From positions 90 through 64,089 of the forward strand of contig JAZOBA010000116.1 of assembly GCA_045595705.1 (NCBI GenBank): DNA of 64,000 nucleotides, read 5' to 3'. The first letter of the stretch is position 1, and the number at the start of each line of letters is the position of its first letter. The notes under the pieces were generated by a model, which had not been told where the DNA came from, did no database searches, and saw only the letters and a list, made by a program, of their open reading frames with translations. Shown here piece by piece: positions 12,403-21,897 of this stretch. The translations under genes and the position numbers were made by a program. This DNA comes from Oscillospiraceae bacterium. Its GTDB lineage: Bacteria; Bacillota; Clostridia; Oscillospirales; Oscillospiraceae.

Positions 12403-12768
12403 ATGCGGGTAAGAAAGAACCTGAGTGTTTATTTTGACGGTCTGACGCTGGAAGCCGTCAACGAACTGTGGTCCCGGATGGTGGATCTCAAGACCAATAT
12501 TGACGGGACGGACTATATTTACAACAAGTCGGATGAGCGATTCGAAAAGACTCCTCGCTGGAAGGATGCAAAAGCACTTGGAGAGGACGGAATCCGTTAT
12601 CAGGTCAAAAAAATCGACATCCGCATGAGAGAGTGGGGCAAGGAGGCTTTGTTCGGAACGAGCAAAGACCAGAAACTCACAGAGGAGGACTACCGGCAGA
12701 TCATTGACCGCTATCGTTTTTTGATGTCCGATCTCGTGGAAGAACAGAAGAGTTCCGGCGAGGTATGA
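12403..12768 (+). CDS. Hypothetical protein, 121 aa
   Basis: ORF with an AGAGGTGG RBS upstream. I recognise no family. It is Lys/Glu/Asp-rich and looks somewhat lower in GC than its neighbours. Confidence 0.5.
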   Translation: MRVRKNLSVYFDGLTLEAVNELWSRMVDLKTNIDGTDYIYNKSDERFEKTPRWKDAKALGEDGIRYQVKKIDIRMREWGKEALFGTSKDQKLTEEDYRQIIDRYRFLMSDLVEEQKSSGEV

Positions 12769-12779
12769 GGGGGAGTGCG

Positions 12780-13577
12780 ATGAAACTGACCATGCTGGGT
12801 ACCGGCAGCGCCGGTGTGACCGAGTGTTATAATACCTGCTTTACCATTGAAAACGAGGGCGAATATCTGCTGGTGGACGGCGGCGGAGGGAATTTGCTGG
12901 GCCGGCTGCGTGCAGCCGGCATCCGGTGGCAGGATATCCGCCATGTTTTTGTGACCCATGTGCACACCGACCACATTCTGGGTATCTTCTGGCTGATGCG
13001 AGCTATCCATTACAGCAAACCCGGCGATCTGGACGGGAAAACCATTACGTTTTACGGCCATGACGATGTGATTGCCTTGCTCCGCAGCACCACGATGGGA
13101 CTGTTTCCCCGTCCGGACGGGGGGCTGCATCCCGCCATTCGCCTTGCGGAATTGGATGATGGGCAGGAATTTCAGGCCATCGGCCACAGTTTTCGCGCTT
13201 TTGATGTGGGCTCGAACAAGACCAAACAGTTTGGGTTCTCCATGTACTACGGTGCCGGGAAAAAGCTGACCTGCTGTGGGGACGAGCCGTATCATGAATG
13301 CGAGCGGGAGTATGCCCAAGGCAGCACCTGGCTGCTCCATGAGGCATTTTGTCTGTTCTCCGAGGCAGACCGATTCCATCCCTACGAAAAGTTCCACTCT
13401 ACGGCAAAGGATGCCTGTTCACTGGCTGAGGAACTGGGTGTGGAAAACTTGCTGCTTTATCATACCGAGGAGAAAAACCTTGCCCGCCGCCGGGAGTTGT
13501 ATACTGCAGAAGGACAGCAATATTTTTCGGGCAATCTGGTGGTACCCGATGACCTGGATGTACTGACCATTGAATGA
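12780..13577 (+). CDS. MBL-fold metallo-hydrolase
   Basis: HVHTDH (HxHxDH) motif. Start set at the ATG at 12780, preceded by a GAGGGGGAG RBS. The track ORF begins at 12765. Confidence 0.8.
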   Translation: MKLTMLGTGSAGVTECYNTCFTIENEGEYLLVDGGGGNLLGRLRAAGIRWQDIRHVFVTHVHTDHILGIFWLMRAIHYSKPGDLDGKTITFYGHDDVIALLRSTTMGLFPRPDGGLHPAIRLAELDDGQEFQAIGHSFRAFDVGSNKTKQFGFSMYYGAGKKLTCCGDEPYHECEREYAQGSTWLLHEAFCLFSEADRFHPYEKFHSTAKDACSLAEELGVENLLLYHTEEKNLARRRELYTAEGQQYFSGNLVVPDDLDVLTIE

Positions 13578-13590
13578 AACGAGGGGCATT

Positions 13591-14322
13591 ATGGAACACA
13601 ATGAGACCTTGAACCTCCTGCTGAGCAGTAAATCGGTCCGCGTATTCGAAGAGAGGGAAATCACGGCACAGCAAAAGCAAGCTGTTTTCCGGGCTGCAAT
13701 GGCGGCGCCCACGGCGGGTAATCAGCAGTTTTACACGATTTTGGACATTACCGACCCTGCCATCAAGGAAAAACTGGTGGAAACCTGCGACCATCAGGCC
13801 TTTATCGCCCAGGCTAAGATGGTGCTGATTTTCTGCACCGATGTGCGCCGCTGGGTAGATATTTTTAAAGAAGCGGGCGCCGAGCCCCGTAATCCCGGCC
13901 CGGGTGATCTGCTGCTGGCTTGCTCGGATGCCTGCATCGCGGCCCAGAATGCCGTGGTAGCAGCCCAAAGCATGGGCATCGGAGCATGTTACATCGGTGA
14001 TGTGATGGAAAACCGGGAGGTCCAGTGTGAACTGTTGGGACTGCCTGAATACGTCTTCCCGGTAGCCATGGTGGTGTTTGGCTACCCCACCCAACAGCAG
14101 CTGGAGCGGCCCAAGCCCCAGCGGTGCAAAATCGACGAGATTGTCATGGAAAATCGCTATCAGGTGCGGGATGGACAGGCCCTGCGGCATATGACCGAAA
14201 AGGACTGGAACCGTACCGATTTTGAAAACTGGGCGACCCGGTTTTGTGAGCGCAAATACAACTCGGATTTTTCCCGGGAAATGAGCCGTTCGGTGGCGGA
14301 ATATCTGAAGGAATATATCTGA
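13591..14322 (+). CDS. Nitroreductase family protein (oxygen-insensitive NAD(P)H nitroreductase-like)
   Basis: Typical N-terminus ..LLSSKSVRVFEEREI.. and overall nitroreductase-like sequence. Start is the ATG at 13591; the TTG at 13570 used in the track is an alternative. Confidence 0.75.
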   Translation: MEHNETLNLLLSSKSVRVFEEREITAQQKQAVFRAAMAAPTAGNQQFYTILDITDPAIKEKLVETCDHQAFIAQAKMVLIFCTDVRRWVDIFKEAGAEPRNPGPGDLLLACSDACIAAQNAVVAAQSMGIGACYIGDVMENREVQCELLGLPEYVFPVAMVVFGYPTQQQLERPKPQRCKIDEIVMENRYQVRDGQALRHMTEKDWNRTDFENWATRFCERKYNSDFSREMSRSVAEYLKEYI

Positions 14323-14446
14323 GAAGATAAGAAAAGAAACGGAACTGAACTTGCAACCGAATTCCCGCGTTTTATGGTTGATTCCCCACGGGTTTTCGGA
14401 TATGCTAATACCACTGTGAACGGCTTTGTGGAAGGAGGTCGCTGCA

Positions 14447-15214
14447 TTGGATAAAACGGGTTTGCTAAAGCTTGCCGTGGAAATCGGATACCGCCTGCAG
14501 GAAAGCGGGGCGGAGATTTACCGCGTGGAAGAGGCCGTGCGGCGCATTTTTCAGGCCTATGGCGAGGAAAAGGGAGAGGTATTTGCGATTCCCAACTGCC
14601 TGATTGTCAGCGTGGTTGGCGACGACGAGCGTCCTGTTACCCGTCTTCGTCGTATTCCCATTCACGGAACCGACATTACCCGCATGGAGCGAGTTTATGA
14701 CTTCTGCCGCAGAATCTGCCGAGAGACGCCTGATGTGGAAGAGGCGCTGGAACGGCTGTATGCGCTGGACGAAAAGCGCCCGGAACATCCCATGTGGCTG
14801 CAGTTGCTGGGTTATTTTGTGGGTACGGGTGCCTTCACCATGTTCTGGGGCGGTGGAGCGGCCGATGCGGTGGCCGGCGGTCTCTGCGGTACGGCCATCG
14901 GTCTTTGTCTGTTCTGGATGAGCCGGCTTCAGGTCAACCTGTTCGTGAAAACCGTGCTGGCCGCCTTTGTGTCGGCCTTTCTGGCGGCAACCATGGTACA
15001 CTTTGGCCTGGGCCAGAACGCGAATTATATTACCATCGGCGCCCTGATGGCCCTTGTGCCCGGCGTGGTGTTCACCAATTTCCTGCGCGATATTATGGCA
15101 GGCGATACCGTAGCCGGCTTGATCAAACTGGTGGAAGCGCTTTTGACAGCAGGCGCCATCGCCATTGGTACCGTCGTGGCTATGGCCGCTGCGGCCGGTT
15201 TGTGGGGGGTATGA
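14447..15214 (+). CDS. Threonine/serine exporter family protein, ThrE N-terminal (DUF1212) half
   Basis: The motif ..GAEIYRVEE.. followed by five TM helices. A GGAAGGAGG RBS lies 8 nt before the TTG at 14447. The track uses a TTG at 14426. Confidence 0.75.
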   Translation: MDKTGLLKLAVEIGYRLQESGAEIYRVEEAVRRIFQAYGEEKGEVFAIPNCLIVSVVGDDERPVTRLRRIPIHGTDITRMERVYDFCRRICRETPDVEEALERLYALDEKRPEHPMWLQLLGYFVGTGAFTMFWGGGAADAVAGGLCGTAIGLCLFWMSRLQVNLFVKTVLAAFVSAFLAATMVHFGLGQNANYITIGALMALVPGVVFTNFLRDIMAGDTVAGLIKLVEALLTAGAIAIGTVVAMAAAAGLWGV

Positions 15215-15675
15215 GTATGAACTGGACTTATTTTCTCCCCTGTCTGTGGGCCTTTCTGGCCTGCTTGGGTTTTTGTATTGTTCTGAATATACGCACGGTC
15301 TCCGGTATGCTGATCTGCTGCTGCGGCGGAGCGCTGGGGTGGCTGGTTTATCTGATTGCACTGCTGTTTGGCGCCAATGACCTGCTGGGTTATTTTCTGG
15401 CTGCGCTGGCCATTTCGGCCTATGCTGAGATCATGGCCCGGGTGCGCAAATGCCCGGTGACCGGTTATTTGCTGATCTCGTTCCTGCCTCTGGTTCCGGG
15501 AGCGGGTATCTACTACACCATGGAATATGCGCTGCAGGGCAACACCCAGATGTTCCTGAGCAAGGGGATGCACACGCTGGGACTGGCAGGCAGTCTGGCG
15601 GTGGGCGTTCTCGTGATGTCCTCTCTTGTCCGTGTGATTATGATCTTCCGAAAAAGCGGGGTGAAGAAACCGTGA
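15211..15675 (+). CDS. Threonine/serine exporter family protein, C-terminal (DUF3815) half
   Basis: ATGA start/stop overlap with the upstream half. 154-aa polytopic membrane protein. The long upstream extension in track ORF 14794..15675 is out-of-frame overlap with the previous gene. Confidence 0.75.
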   Translation: MSMNWTYFLPCLWAFLACLGFCIVLNIRTVSGMLICCCGGALGWLVYLIALLFGANDLLGYFLAALAISAYAEIMARVRKCPVTGYLLISFLPLVPGAGIYYTMEYALQGNTQMFLSKGMHTLGLAGSLAVGVLVMSSLVRVIMIFRKSGVKKP

Positions 15676-16379
15676 TCCGCTATCCCATTGTTCTGCTGGA
15701 TGCAGACAATACGTTGTACGATTTTGATGCTGCCGAGCACAAGGCGCTGCACAAAGTGCTGACTGACCGAGGCTATTCCACCGATCCGGACACCCTGCAG
15801 GTTTATCTGAACTTCAACACCGAACTGTGGGAGGCTTTTGCCCGGGGCGAGGTGACACAGGAATTTCTGCTGGTGGAGCGGTTCCGCCGCTTTGTGCAGC
15901 GGATGGGCGGCAGCCACGATCCGGTGCAGTTTAATGCCGATTACATCGGCGCGCTGGCCACCAATGCCGATTTGATTCCCGGTGCGGTGGAGTTCTGCCG
16001 CAATCTGTCCGAAATGGGCTGCGTGCTGGCCATTGTGACCAACGGTGCGGCTGTTGCCCAACGGGGGCGATTTGTGCGCTCCGGTCTGGGTGAGTTGATC
16101 CCCCACTTGTTTATTTCTCAGGAACTTGGGGTGAACAAGCCGGATCCTCTCTTTTTCGATTATGTGTGTCGTGATCTGAACATTGCCGACCGCAGTACGG
16201 CTGTTGTTGTGGGCGACAGCCTGAGTTCCGATATTCTGGGCGGAAACCGGGCAGGAATTGACACGGTTTGGTATAATCCTCATAAGAAGTCGCTGAGCGG
16301 TCCGGCGCGGCCCACCTATACCGTGGCAGAGTTTGCTGAAATTGAACGAATCATCACCGGAGGTCCGGTGGAGGAGTAA
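15672..16379 (+). CDS. HAD-IA hydrolase, YjjG-like noncanonical pyrimidine nucleotidase
   Basis: GTGA overlap with the upstream stop. HAD motif I is LLDADNTLYDF, and the late motif is VGDSLSSDILGG. Confidence 0.7.
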   Translation: MIRYPIVLLDADNTLYDFDAAEHKALHKVLTDRGYSTDPDTLQVYLNFNTELWEAFARGEVTQEFLLVERFRRFVQRMGGSHDPVQFNADYIGALATNADLIPGAVEFCRNLSEMGCVLAIVTNGAAVAQRGRFVRSGLGELIPHLFISQELGVNKPDPLFFDYVCRDLNIADRSTAVVVGDSLSSDILGGNRAGIDTVWYNPHKKSLSGPARPTYTVAEFAEIERIITGGPVEE

Positions 16380-16386
16380 CAAACGG

Positions 16387-17244
16387 ATGAAGACACTGAT
16401 TTCCTTGGTTCTTTTTGCGACAATGTTGATATCGGGGTATGTGCAGGAGCGGTTCGGGCAGGATAATCCTGTGCCGCCCTCTTCGGAGCAGCCGACCGTT
16501 GACGTGTCACCATCTCCGGAGGTCACGCCGCAGGTGCCCCCGGCTGTGACGGCGACGCCGGAGCCCGCGCCCGAGATAACGCCGGAGCCCACCCCCACCC
16601 CGGATCTTCACGATTACACCCAGCCGGTGGCGCAGTCGGAGCCGGTGGATGACGCATGGTTTGCCGACGCCGTGCTGATCGGTGACTCCCGTACCGACGG
16701 TCTGCGGCTGTACAGTGGCATCCGTGGAGTGGATTTCCTTTGCTACAAGGGGCTGACAGTCTCTGATGTGATGAGCGACAAGCCGGTGATCCAGATGGCC
16801 GACGGGAAAATCGGAGTACTGCAGGCGCTGGCCCAAAAGCAATACGGAAAGGTCTACCTGTCCCTCGGTCTGAATGAACTGGGATACAACGACGATCCGT
16901 TATTCCGCGATACATACCGTGCCGTTGTGGACAAAATCCGGGAGCTGCAGCCGGATGCTGACATTTATCTGCAGATGATTATCCCGGTCAGCACCCAGCG
17001 CTGCCAAGAAACCAATCAGCCCGCCTATATTTCCAATCGGCAGGTGGCTGTTTACAACGACATGATTCGTGCAATTGCCGCCGAAAAGCGGGTTTATTTG
17101 TTGAACGTGGGTGAAATCTATACCGATGAAAATGGGGAGCTGATTTACGAGCTTACCTCGGATGGTGTTCACTTCCGCAAGAGCGGCTATAAACAGTGGT
17201 ATGAGTATTTGAAGGCCCATACAGTGAGGGAGGACGCGCAATGA
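16387..17244 (+). CDS. Secreted/membrane-anchored SGNH (GDSL-like) hydrolase with Pro/Thr-rich linker
   Basis: Signal/anchor MKTLISLVLFATMLISG, a P/T/E linker, the GDSRTDGL block and a terminal DGVHF block. Confidence 0.75.
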   Translation: MKTLISLVLFATMLISGYVQERFGQDNPVPPSSEQPTVDVSPSPEVTPQVPPAVTATPEPAPEITPEPTPTPDLHDYTQPVAQSEPVDDAWFADAVLIGDSRTDGLRLYSGIRGVDFLCYKGLTVSDVMSDKPVIQMADGKIGVLQALAQKQYGKVYLSLGLNELGYNDDPLFRDTYRAVVDKIRELQPDADIYLQMIIPVSTQRCQETNQPAYISNRQVAVYNDMIRAIAAEKRVYLLNVGEIYTDENGELIYELTSDGVHFRKSGYKQWYEYLKAHTVREDAQ

Positions 17245-17708
17245 AAAAGGTGATTTGCGGTGTGCTGGCAGCCTTTTTGCTGTTGGTCGGTACGGCCTGT
17301 GAAAAACAGGTTGAGCAGGAAGTGCCCTTTCAAGCGGATGTGACCACCCGGACGTTGCTGGACTCCGGAGCATTCTCCGAACCGCTGGAAGAACTGGAAC
17401 TGGACATTGCCCTTATGATGTTCTGGCTGGATGGAGATGTGACCCAATATGAAGGATCCAAGGTCTACTGTTCTACCGGAGCCACCGCCGAGACGGTTGC
17501 CGTAATCTGTGTGGCAGATTCGGATATGGTTCCTCAGGTGGAACAAGAGCTGAAAGCATGGGTGGACAGCCAGATCGAAGCCGAGATGGATTATCGGCCC
17601 ACCGAAGTACCCAAGCTGATGAACGCAACCCTTGTAACGCGGGGAAACACCGTACTGCTGGCGGTAGCCGCCGATCGGGAGCGGGTGGAGGCATTCCTTT
17701 CGGAATAA
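17241..17708 (+). CDS. DUF4358-like lipoprotein
   Basis: ATGA overlap with the SGNH gene. Lipobox LLLVGTAC. The family assignment is from memory of the common SGNH/DUF4358 pairing in Clostridia. Confidence 0.55.
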   Translation: MKKVICGVLAAFLLLVGTACEKQVEQEVPFQADVTTRTLLDSGAFSEPLEELELDIALMMFWLDGDVTQYEGSKVYCSTGATAETVAVICVADSDMVPQVEQELKAWVDSQIEAEMDYRPTEVPKLMNATLVTRGNTVLLAVAADRERVEAFLSE

Positions 17709-17723
17709 AAAACAACAAGAAAA

Positions 17724-17757
17724 ACGGTCTGTTCGAACTGAACAGACCGTTTTTTTA
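17724..17757. terminator. Bidirectional rho-independent terminator between convergent genes
   Basis: ACGGTCTGTTC-GAACT-GAACAGACCGT, flanked by an A-run upstream and TTTTTTT downstream. Confidence 0.8.
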
Positions 17758-19032
17758 TCGCTGATATTCAAATTCCAGATCATACATACTGACCGTGTCG
17801 CCGTCTTGAATGCCCAGTTCTTCCAGACGGTCAAACAGGCCGGATTCACGCAGTTTTCTGTCGAACCAGTTGCGGGATTCGTAGTCGCCAAAGTTGACAT
17901 TGGCGATGAGCTGCTGCAGCCAGGGGCCTTCCACGCTCCAAATGTCGTCCTCGTGGTCGATGGTCAGCTCGCCGCTGGTGTCCACTTCGGGTGCACGGGG
18001 CACATACTCAGGTTCATACACGATGACGGGGGGCAGAGTGGAAAGTTCCTCGGCGGCGGCCTTCATCAGCTCGGGGGTGCCCATATGGGCGGCCGCCGAC
18101 ATTTCGTAGAAAGGCATGCCAAGCTGTTCCACGTGGGCCTTCAGGGCCTCCAGTCCGGTGCGGTCCTCGGTAATATCCACCTTGTTGCCGACTACCAGCA
18201 TGCGGCGGGAAGCCAGCGCAGGAGAATACTGCTGCAGTTCCTCCATAATGGCGTTGAAATCCTCCACGGGATCACGGCCTTCGCAGCCGGACACGTCTAC
18301 CACATGGATCAACAGCCGGCAGCGGTCTACATGGCGCAGGAAATCGTGGCCCAGACCGGCGCCGTCGGCGGCGCCTTCGATGATGCCGGGGATGTCAGCC
18401 AGAACAAAGGAGACGCCTTCATCCACATATACTACGCCCAGATTGGGGAACAGGGTGGTGAAATGGTAGTTGGCAATCTTGGGCTGTGCCTTGGATACAA
18501 CGCTGAGCAGAGTGGATTTACCCACGTTGGGGAAACCCACCAGACCCACATCGGCCAGCAGTTTGAGTTCCAGAATAACATCCTGGCTCTGGCCGGGCAG
18601 ACCGGCCTTGGCAAAGCGGGGTACCTGACGGGTGGGTGTGGCAAAGTGCTTGTTGCCCCAGCCGCCGTTGCCGCCGCGGGCCAGAATGAAGGGCTCGTTG
18701 TCCGACATATCCTTGATGATCTCGCGGGTTTCGGCGTCGCGGACCACGGTGCCGCGGGGTACTTTGATGACCAAATTCTGACCGTCCTTGCCGAAGCAAA
18801 GTTTGCCCTGACCGTCCTGTCCGTTGGGAGCGGAATATTTGCGCTTGTAGCGGAAGTCCATCAGAGTGGACATATGGTCGTCCACCTGCAGAATGACATG
18901 GCCGCCACGGCCGCCGTCACCGCCGTCGGGACCGCCGGCAGGCATATATTTGGCGCGGTGGAAGGAAACAGCACCGTTGCCGCCGTTACCGGCTTTTACG
19001 GTGATGCGTGCGGTATCCACAAAGTTCGCCAT
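17755..19032 (-). CDS. obg: GTPase Obg/CgtA
   Basis: Obg fold start ([17 protein letters not shown]), GTPase motifs GFPNVGKS and DIPG, and a C-terminal OCT-like domain. A GAGAGGTGA RBS precedes the ATG at 19030-19032. Confidence 0.95.
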   Translation of the reverse strand: MANFVDTARITVKAGNGGNGAVSFHRAKYMPAGGPDGGDGGRGGHVILQVDDHMSTLMDFRYKRKYSAPNGQDGQGKLCFGKDGQNLVIKVPRGTVVRDAETREIIKDMSDNEPFILARGGNGGWGNKHFATPTRQVPRFAKAGLPGQSQDVILELKLLADVGLVGFPNVGKSTLLSVVSKAQPKIANYHFTTLFPNLGVVYVDEGVSFVLADIPGIIEGAADGAGLGHDFLRHVDRCRLLIHVVDVSGCEGRDPVEDFNAIMEELQQYSPALASRRMLVVGNKVDITEDRTGLEALKAHVEQLGMPFYEMSAAAHMGTPELMKAAAEELSTLPPVIVYEPEYVPRAPEVDTSGELTIDHEDDIWSVEGPWLQQLIANVNFGDYESRNWFDRKLRESGLFDRLEELGIQDGDTVSMYDLEFEYQR

Positions 19033-19100
19033 AAAAATCACCTCTCATGGGAGCAAATAGTTTTCGTTTTTAATCGGCCGGAACGATTGCTCCGACAGAT

Positions 19101-19136
19101 TAAAAACGTCCCGAACGGGGGATCCGTTCGGGACGT
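19101..19136 (-). terminator. Hairpin/terminator between rpmA and obg
   Basis: On the minus strand: ACGTCCCGAACGG-ATCCC-CCGTTCGGGACGT followed by TTTTTA. Confidence 0.65.
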
Positions 19137-19148
19137 AGTATACCCAAA

Positions 19149-19436
19149 TTACTGGGCGATCTCCTCAATGATGGAGACCTGCTTGCGATCCTTGCCCAGA
19201 CGATGGAACTTCACGCGGCCATCCTTGAGAGCGAACAGAGTGTCGTCGCTGCCCTTGCCGACGTTAGCGCCGGGATGGATATGGGTACCACGCTGGCGGA
19301 CCAGCACGTTGCCGGCCAGAACGAACTGACCATCAGCACGCTTCACACCCAGGCGCTTGGACTCGGAGTCACGGCCGTTACGGGTGGAGCCAACGCCCTT
19401 CTTGTGGGCGAAAAACTGCAGACCGATTTTCAGCAT
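19149..19436 (-). CDS. rpmA: 50S ribosomal protein L27 with cleavable N-terminal extension
   Basis: [10 protein letters not shown]|[14 protein letters not shown].. is the Firmicutes-type pro-sequence followed by the conserved L27 core. Confidence 0.97.
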   Translation of the reverse strand: MLKIGLQFFAHKKGVGSTRNGRDSESKRLGVKRADGQFVLAGNVLVRQRGTHIHPGANVGKGSDDTLFALKDGRVKFHRLGKDRKQVSIIEEIAQ

Positions 19437-19439
19437 TTG

Positions 19440-19784
19440 TTACACCTCCATGCTGTCATTATCATATACGATCAGATGATCGGGGTACTCCTCGCACAGT
19501 TCGCAGAAGTAGACCATCATAGCCGTCAGAAGGGTCTGACAGGTACTTTCGTTGGTCTGCCCCAGACTGCCGGGGAGTTTCAGGGAAATGGATGCGTCCT
19601 TCTGCTTGACCTTGACGGATGCCTCCAGACCCAGCACATCGTTGATGGCGCATTCGGCCAGTCGCACGGCACTGGTGATGGCGGCGCAGAGGATGTCCTC
19701 TCCCTCGTTGGCAAAACCGCTGTGGCCTTCTACTGTGAAGCCCGTGATGCGGCTGCCATCAGAATGAAATGTTACGGTGGTCAT
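19440..19784 (-). CDS. prp: Ribosomal-processing cysteine protease Prp (YsxB family)
   Basis: 114-aa ORF between rplU and rpmA. The GHSG....DI.CAA... pattern is typical of Prp. Confidence 0.88.
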   Translation of the reverse strand: MTTVTFHSDGSRITGFTVEGHSGFANEGEDILCAAITSAVRLAECAINDVLGLEASVKVKQKDASISLKLPGSLGQTNESTCQTLLTAMMVYFCELCEEYPDHLIVYDNDSMEV

Positions 19785-19787
19785 ACC

Positions 19788-20099
19788 TTACACGGAGATC
19801 TTGGTGATCTCAACCTTGGTGTAGGGCTGACGGTGGCCCTGACGCAGGCGGTAACCCTTCTTGGGCTTGTACTTGAAGATCATAACCTTCTTACCCTTGC
19901 CGTTCTTGACCACGTTGGCCTCGACCTTGGCGCCCTCCACGACGGGAGTGCCGACGGTGATCTTGTCGCCGTCGATGACAGCCAGAACCTTGTCGAAGGT
20001 CACGGCGTCACCAGCCTCGCAGGGCAGCTTCTCGATGAACAGGGTCTCGCCCTCGGCCACCTTGTACTGCTTGCCGCCGGTCACAATGATTGCATGCAT
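19788..20099 (-). CDS. rplU: 50S ribosomal protein L21
   Basis: [25 protein letters not shown].. is the conserved L21 sequence. The true ATG is at 20097-20099; the track ORF extends to 20180. Confidence 0.96.
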   Translation of the reverse strand: MHAIIVTGGKQYKVAEGETLFIEKLPCEAGDAVTFDKVLAVIDGDKITVGTPVVEGAKVEANVVKNGKGKKVMIFKYKPKKGYRLRQGHRQPYTKVEITKISV

Positions 20100-20196
20100 T
20101 TTCGTTTCAACTCCTTCATTACGGGCTCGCTGTCGGGGGCGAAAAAGCCTGAAAACCAAGCCTTTTACTTGGTTGCCCATTCAAAGCGGCTTTGAC
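20100..20196 (-). promoter_or_regulatory. Structured 5' leader of the rplU-prp-rpmA operon (possible L21-leader-type element)
   Basis: About 90-nt UTR. It contains the hairpin AACCAAG-TAAAAGG-CTTGGTT followed by TTTC (plus-strand coordinates 20154-20174). Confidence 0.3.
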
Positions 20197-20225
20197 AGTA
20201 TATCAGCGCAAAATGTAAAAGTCAA
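20197..20225 (-). promoter_or_regulatory. Sigma-70 promoter of the rplU operon
   Basis: On the minus strand: TTGACT (20220-20225), a 17-nt spacer, then TATACT (20197-20202). Confidence 0.6.
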
Positions 20226-20374
20226 GAGAAAAATGCTTGAAAATCAATCAGTTGAAGCAGTTTTTTCAATTAAATTGATTCTGACAGGGTGAGGAATGTA
20301 CTGCAGGCACCTTCCTTTGCCGGTATATTGCTAAGAGGAATGCGAGGCAACCTGTATTCTGTGGGAGTGAACTC

Positions 20375-20403
20375 TTGTTTTCTTTGCGCTGAAATGGTAT
20401 AAT
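20375..20403 (+). promoter_or_regulatory. Putative promoter for miaB
   Basis: TTGTTT (20375-20380), a 17-nt spacer, then TGgTATAAT with the hexamer at 20398-20403. Confidence 0.45.
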
Positions 20404-20448
20404 ATCTTGTTAAATTGTATCCATTTTTAGATTCCGGAGGAAATTGGA

Positions 20449-21864
20449 TTGAAAAACGGAAAAACCACCGTCATCTCCCCCGAGGAGATCGCACGTCAGA
20501 AAGATTTCTGCGCTCAGATTCTGGAGCGCAATACCGCCAATCACAAAAGCCCTGTGGCCTTTGTGGACACTTACGGCTGTCAGCAGAATGAGGCTGATTC
20601 CGAGCGCATCCGCGGCTATCTGGCCGAGATGGGCTACGGGTTTACACAGGATGAGAACGAGGCCGATGTCATCGTCATCAACACCTGTGCTGTGCGTGAG
20701 CACGCCGAGGACCGTGTGTTGGGCAACGTGGGTGCTCTGGTGCACACCAAACGCCGCAAACCCAGCCAGATCATTTGCCTGTGCGGCTGTATGATGCAGG
20801 AACCTCACGTGGAGCAGAAAATCCGCGAATCCTACCGGCATGTGGACATTGTCTTCGGTCCCCACGCCCTGTGGAAGTTTCCCGAGCTGCTGTGGCGCGT
20901 AATTTCCCGCCGTGGCCGTGTGTTTGATACCGAAGACCATCCAGGCAGCGTGGCTGAAGGCATCCCCATGGTGCGTCAGAGCACCGTCAAGGGCTGGGTG
21001 TCCATTATGTACGGCTGCAACAATTTCTGTACCTACTGCATTGTGCCCTACGTCCGTGGCCGGGAGCGCTCCCGCCGCCCCGAGGTCATTCTGGAGGAAG
21101 TGCGCGCTTTGGCCGAGGCCGGCTATAAGGACATTACCCTGCTGGGCCAGAACGTCAACTCCTACGGCAAGGATTTGGAAGAGGATGTGGATTTTGCGTG
21201 GCTGCTGGAGCAGGTCAATGCCATTCCCGGTGAATTCCTGATCCGCTTTATGACCTCCCACCCCAAGGATGCCACAGAGCGGCTCTTTGACGCCATGGCC
21301 AAGTGCGAAAAGGTGGCCCCCGTCATTCACCTGCCCTTCCAGGCGGGCAATGACCGGGTGCTCAAAGCCATGAACCGCGGATACACCTACGAAAGTTATA
21401 TGGCGAAAATCCACGCTTTGCGGGAGCGTATTCCGCACATTGTGCTGACCTCTGACGTCATCGTGGGCTTCCCCGGTGAGACCACGGAAGAGTTTGAGGA
21501 CACCTTGAAACTCATCAAGGAAGTGCGCTACGATGCCCTGTTTACCTTTATTTACTCCCCTCGCAAGGGCACCCCGGCCGCAAGCATGCCCGATCCCATG
21601 TCCGATGCGGAAAAGAAGGCCAATTTCAAGCGCCTTGTAGATACCCAGAACGAAATTTCCAAGGAAAAGCATCAGGAGTATGTGGGCAAAATCTACCGCT
21701 GTCTGGTGGACAGCGAAAGCGAAGATCCCCGCAACAACCTGAATGCCCGCACCCCCGGCAACCGATTGGTCCATGTCAGCGGTGACCCCGCTTTGGTGGG
21801 GCGGTATGTGGACATTAAAATCACCGATGCCACCACCTGGGCCCTGTTCGGTGAACTGATCTGA
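20449..21864 (+). CDS. miaB: tRNA-2-methylthio-N6-dimethylallyladenosine synthase (radical SAM methylthiotransferase)
   Basis: UPF0004 N-domain cysteines (TYGCQQN), the radical SAM motif CNNFCTYC and a C-terminal TRAM domain. TTG start with a GGAGG RBS. Confidence 0.92.
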   Translation: MKNGKTTVISPEEIARQKDFCAQILERNTANHKSPVAFVDTYGCQQNEADSERIRGYLAEMGYGFTQDENEADVIVINTCAVREHAEDRVLGNVGALVHTKRRKPSQIICLCGCMMQEPHVEQKIRESYRHVDIVFGPHALWKFPELLWRVISRRGRVFDTEDHPGSVAEGIPMVRQSTVKGWVSIMYGCNNFCTYCIVPYVRGRERSRRPEVILEEVRALAEAGYKDITLLGQNVNSYGKDLEEDVDFAWLLEQVNAIPGEFLIRFMTSHPKDATERLFDAMAKCEKVAPVIHLPFQAGNDRVLKAMNRGYTYESYMAKIHALRERIPHIVLTSDVIVGFPGETTEEFEDTLKLIKEVRYDALFTFIYSPRKGTPAASMPDPMSDAEKKANFKRLVDTQNEISKEKHQEYVGKIYRCLVDSESEDPRNNLNARTPGNRLVHVSGDPALVGRYVDIKITDATTWALFGELI

Positions 21865-21897
21865 TTCCCCTTATACAGAGAAAAGGAGTTGCTCAGC

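Noticed and set aside
14794-15675. 293-aa ORF (and 15450..16379, 16333..17244) suggesting larger proteins than annotated
   Set aside because: The upstream extensions are out-of-frame read-through over the preceding genes and have Arg/Gly-rich nonsense composition. Internal starts with start/stop overlaps (ATGA, GTGA) or RBSs give products of the normal family length.
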